From the NCBI RefSeq assembly GCF_009914755.1, contig NC_060927.1: DNA of 64,000 bases; one strand, written 5' to 3'. This stretch comes from the human T2T-CHM13v2.0 reference genome, Homo sapiens. Both the position numbers and the translations under genes were made by a program. Positions within the stretch are counted from its first letter, which is position 1, and the number at the start of each line of letters is the position of its first letter. Under the pieces are notes generated by a model. It ran no database searches and was not told the DNA's origin. It saw only the letters and a program-made list of their open reading frames with translations. This document shows positions 59,081 through 64,000 of the stretch, piece by piece.

Positions 59081-62000
59081 GAGTTGGTGGGACTCAGGAA
59101 AGCCAACTTATGCCAATGACAGGACCCTCACAGAGTCATTAGGATGTTCATTAGGATGTTGGTATATTAATTTACAGTGAAGCATTTCAAAACAGGACTC
59201 ATGGTCTGGAGGCACAAGCCTTGCAGTAAGCTATAAGTCGCACCCACTTCTCTGGCTGAGCAGTGGTTCCTGAAGCTTCCCTGTGGGGAAGCTTTTATGT
59301 ACCCCAATAGACCCCTTGCCCTAGGGAACTTCCAGTGGGATGGCTCTTCTCCTTCCATTCTCTTAAGGCAGAGTGAGTTTGCAGTGTCAGAGCTCTGGAA
59401 GACCGGTGACACTCTTTTTTAACTTATTTACTCCACCCTCATAGAAAACCCACTGTGTGCTGGCTTGAGCTAGCATCAGGACACAAAACTGATTAAGGCA
59501 AATTATCTGCCCTCCAGTTGCTCACAGTATAGCAGGGGTGACTGACAAGAAAATAAACTGCAATACAGATCTGTTGAAGGTCTAAAGTTAAGTACAAGAT
59601 GCAGTGGGGAACATCTAAAATAATGGAGTCCTGGACTGTTCTAGCATTCATCACACTAGGTTTTAGAGCACTCTACGTTCATCTGTCTGTCCCTTATGAG
59701 AATATGAACCTTTAAAGGGAAAGGATCATGTTCTATTTCTCTCTATATCCCTAGCACTTAATGCACACTATGGAAATAATAAATGTTTGAACCAAATAAA
59801 GGGGTAAAATTAAAAGACTGAGAATTTTTTTTTTCAATATCTGTTAAGCACTCACCAAGTTCAAGGCTCTGTGATTGGTGTGAGGGAAACACAAAGATGA
59901 CCTATTCTCACTGGGAGAGGGCTCATGGCACTGGAGTTTTTGGAAGTCAGCTGAGACCTCTTACGAACTGGAGTGTTGTGTCTAAAGACCAAAAGTTTCA
60001 CCCTACTGTCTCCTAGAAGAATTGAGCCTGAGCATAAACTAATTACTCTTCTCTGCCCTGCAACTGAATAGACAAATACCTCTTTAGTTAGTCATTAGGA
60101 TCTAATCAGAGTAATTTCCATACAAGAATGTGTGTAGATTGAGTTTGTTCTCCAATTGTAACATTTGTGAAATTCAACCACAATTCTACTTATTAATAGT
60201 CATTAGGGGTCTATAAATAACGCACAATCCTTTAGGTTAAAAAAAAAAAAGCTGTGAGCTTAGCTGGTTTGAAATGTAAACAGGCTATTCATGAATTTGC
60301 ACACTGTAATTCCCTGTTTGGCCTCTGGCCAACATTCATTCCCTGGAAGTGGCCACTGATAGAAACGTTGTATGTCATCTGATGATGAGTCCTGGCAGGT
60401 CAAGATCTAGATTTGTAGATTTACAATCCAGTAGTCTGCAACTCTCTTTCACCCATTAACTTAAGAAATATTGATTGATCCCTTCAGCATTTGGGTGCCG
60501 TGGGTGGTACATGTATGGATGCAGCACAAGTCCAGCCAGGAAAGAATTTAAATTCTGCTGTTAGATGTGGACCTGGATATTAGCAACGTCCAGCAGGGAT
60601 GCAGGTGGGGAAGGAACGGGAAGGGGGAGTCAGTCTAAGCAAAAGAAGCTGAGATCAACAGCTTAGAGCACAAAATTGAACATTATAAAATATTCCAACT
60701 TTTTAAATTGGGAGACTTGACATAAACTTCCACATTTCTAACTTCTCTTGTAAAGTAAGGAGATCTGACAGCACTGAGGCCACCTTCCATTCCTTCTAGC
60801 AGCAATCAGTTGTGCCAAGTGTTTCAAAATTCCCCACAGATATTAATCTTCAGGATTCTGGAACAAGAAACTGAAATATTATATTCAGAAATTCCCCACA
60901 AATCATGTTGTTCTCAAAAATATTTTCAAAATTCTTCATATACATTACTCATTATTGTGGATATTTTTAAAATTCTTTAATAAATGAATATTGTTTAGCT
61001 GTATTTGCAAATAAATGTAGGCCATAGTAAACACTACAAAGGCCAGGGAGAATCACTGGGTAGTACCAAATGGATCTAGCAAGGTTCACTGCACTACACA
61101 GAACCATATGTCAAAATTGCCTATTAAGGACTGACTTTGCTTTGAAATTTGTTTTTTCTTGGAACAGCCATTCACAGGATTTAAGTATGCTATTCATATA
61201 AACTTACTAATATTTATTTTATTTGGAAGATTGACACACTCTAAGTAGAATACAAGGCCACAAACACACACTTAAAATATGGGACAAGTCATAAGAAAGA
61301 TTGACCAATTAGATCATAAAGGCTACTTAAATCTTCATCACTTCTCTCCTCCATGCTCCTGTACTTATTCCTTGAAAAGTTAACCTTAATCTTCAATTCC
61401 ATATATCAGCATTTACTGCTCCTGTTTTCAACTTGACATCAGCGATTTCTTTGAACCAGTTATATCTACATTGATTGTTAAAGTTTGATTCTTGGCAAAG
61501 AGCTGTAATACCTTTTCTTGACTTATTGACTGATTTTTCTCAGGATTCTGGATTCAGAGAAACATGCATTTTCTAAGAAATCCTAGAACAGAATTCCTGC
61601 ATGGAGACATGAGTTGGATCTCAGCAGCAGCTACTACCTTAGTTATGGAATGTGTGTTGTGTAATTCTCCGGAGTTCACAGTAGCCTTTACTTCTGTCCT
61701 CTAAATTGAGACCAAGTGTTGGGTACCATTGATCATGCTTCTTCCAGTTATATGATCTGCCTGGCTCCAACTTTTTCTCTGGGCTTAGGGGGATGAAGGC
61801 CAGGGACATTCAGAGACACTGCAAAAGGAGCAGCTGCTTTGAGTCAGGTAAGTATAGACCATAGGGAAATATTGCTGGAACATCATTAGTTGTCAAGCTA
61901 AGACATTTATCTTACCTGGTGGGAAGCTATTGAAGGTTTTAGAGAAGTGTGTCCCACCACCAAAGCCATGCTTAGGAAGATCAATCTGGTGCCAGCCTGT

Positions 62001-63224
62001 AAGATGGCCTCAGAGGCCATGGGCGGAAGCCAAGCAGTCCATAATGGGGATTTCTTGCAGGAGGGAATGAAAGCTTGAAACAAGGCTCAGGCAGTAAACC
62101 AAAGAGGAAAGGAAGGACACTGAGTCCCCTGTGAGGGAGAGTGGGCAACACCTGGCTACTCATTGGAAGGGAGTGCTGAGGGGAAGGCTCTGAGGTTTTG
62201 AATCTACAGGTTCTGAGCCATCCAGCCAGAATAAGGACTCCAGAGAAGGGAGTACCAAGGCCACCGGACAATAAGGTCCAGTTGCCCTGGGTCCCCCTCA
62301 GATGTGTTCACAGGCAGAGCGATGAGGAAGGGGTCCTGCACATCTTCCACACCTTTGCCCTATACACATCTCACTTTCTTCTCCCTTTTACAAAGCTCTC
62401 AAATTTCAATTGACACCATCTTCATATCTGCTAGCCATAGAAAGGCAGATAAACTTTATTTCAAAGAAAGGACTCTTACAAGTGATTAAAATCTTTTATT
62501 CACCCCCTCGCCATTAATATGGTCTATGTTCCAGCCAGGGAAAAAGATGGGATGCTGTCTCCAATGCAAGGACTTGCCTAGTGTCCTTATAGGATTTTTG
62601 TATAAAACTTCGACTGGTGTCCTCACCTCAAGTCCCAGGCCCACAGCACACCTGCTTCCCACCAGGCTGCACACTGCATCCATCAGGCCCTCTCTGAGTC
62701 CTCCCCAGCCCTCCTCAACCCTGAATAATTCAAGTCCTTCACAGAGCCCTAGCTGCAGCTACCCATTACCTGGGAGAGTTAATAAGAAATTCACCTTCCC
62801 TCCCTGGCACAAATGACTTCCAGTCAGTTCATTCTCACAGGAAATAAATTTTAAAATGGAAATTAAACAAAACAATTGCTAGCAAAGGTAATAACATGTC
62901 ACCCCTGCAATCTGCCTCTGAGAGGAATATATTACTATTCCAAGATCGCAGCGGGCTTAGGGAACCACCAACCACCCAACCCGCTCCAGGCTGCAGGGTT
63001 TTGCAGTGCTGGGTGGGCTGGCCCTGTGGCTCAGGTGTCCATGCACTGGTGCCCATCAAGCTGCTGAATGGATCTCAAAACCACATATCTACTCCTCAAA
63101 ACACATGGGCTACACATAGGTAAAGGCCTCTGCACTCACTTCTGAGTTCTCTGTGGCCTAGAGTTGTGATGCCTTTGTCCCTAGGACTGTGCCCAACACC
63201 AGTCAAGACTTCGGGGACTATAAC

Positions 63225-63460
63225 ACAGTGATTAGGAGACAAGATTGTAGTGGATACAGGCTCTTTCATTTACTACCTGTGTGACCTTGGGCAAATTACT
63301 TAAACTCTCTAAGCTTTGGTTCCTTATCTGTTAAATAGGATAAAAAAAAAAAAAAAACCTACCTCTTAGGATTACTATGAAAGCAAATAAATTAATGCTT
63401 GCAAAGCCCAGTGCTTCACAGATCATAAGTGCTCAATAAATGTCAGCTTTTATTATTATT
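63225..63460 (+). mobile_element. MIR SINE
   Basis: CTGTGTGACCTTGGGCAAATTACTTAAACTCTCTAAGC...GTGCTCAATAAATGTCAGCT. Confidence 0.88.
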
Positions 63461-64000
63461 CTATTTTTTAAAGGCCTCCAGGGTTGAGACAGATATTCCA
63501 CAATGTAAAGCAGGTCCCATGTGATTTATTATTTAGAATTGTATATTCTATTTAAACATGCAGTGTGTTTCTTTAAAAGGCATCATATCTTTAAACAAAA
63601 CTTACAGAGTTGGAAATCTGAGTCAGGAGTTGAGTAACAAAATTGAGTAGAGATGTCTGTTAAACAGCTTAGAATTCACGGACCAGAAAAATCACAAAAC
63701 TTGAATTGAAATGCTACTAGAAGTGGTTCCAGGCTACATACATATAAATGTACAGGCAGGATTGCTTATTTTTTACTGGAGGAGAAAAACCTGAGACAAT
63801 ATTTATATAAAAAGAGATAAAGACTGTAATCAAATAACTAACCGGAAGGACTAAGAAAGCAACATAACTCCTACTTGCTGATTCATATAAGCACGTAACT
63901 AAAGAATATTGACATGATAGAAAAACCCTCACAGCGATTTGGATGCCAAACTTTGTCTGTGTTCCAAAGTGAATGTTTTTATCCTGTGGGGAAGTTTCAT

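Overview
This is hominid (human-like) genomic DNA. More than half of it is transposable element and I can support no cellular protein-coding exon. It holds three full-length primate LINE-1s: an L1PA2-type element on the minus strand (6366-12394; intact ORF1 and ORF0, ORF2 broken by one frameshift) and a head-to-tail pair of L1PA7-type (26538-33090) and L1PA4-type (33223-39362) elements on the plus strand. There is also a near full-length Tigger1, an old L1MA-type element (46866-54853) with several nested insertions, and Alus, MIR, L2, MLT1 and MER fragments. Subfamily labels come from remembered diagnostic motifs, not from a database search. Almost all short ORFs in the track are repeat-derived noise. 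I found no new multi-gene system. The most interesting signals are mutational or regulatory: (i) non-consensus bases shared between neighbouring L1s of different age, suggesting ectopic gene conversion; (ii) a 97-bp L1 tandem duplication whose two copies look like different subfamilies; (iii) a 61-bp patchwork templated insertion between 26-bp direct repeats; (iv) an ORF-less 1.3-kb mini-L1 that keeps both ends and its target-site duplication (TSD); and (v) repeat-free blocks rich in homeodomain motifs, one of them also CpG-rich, that look like developmental enhancers and lie between inward-facing L1 antisense promoters.
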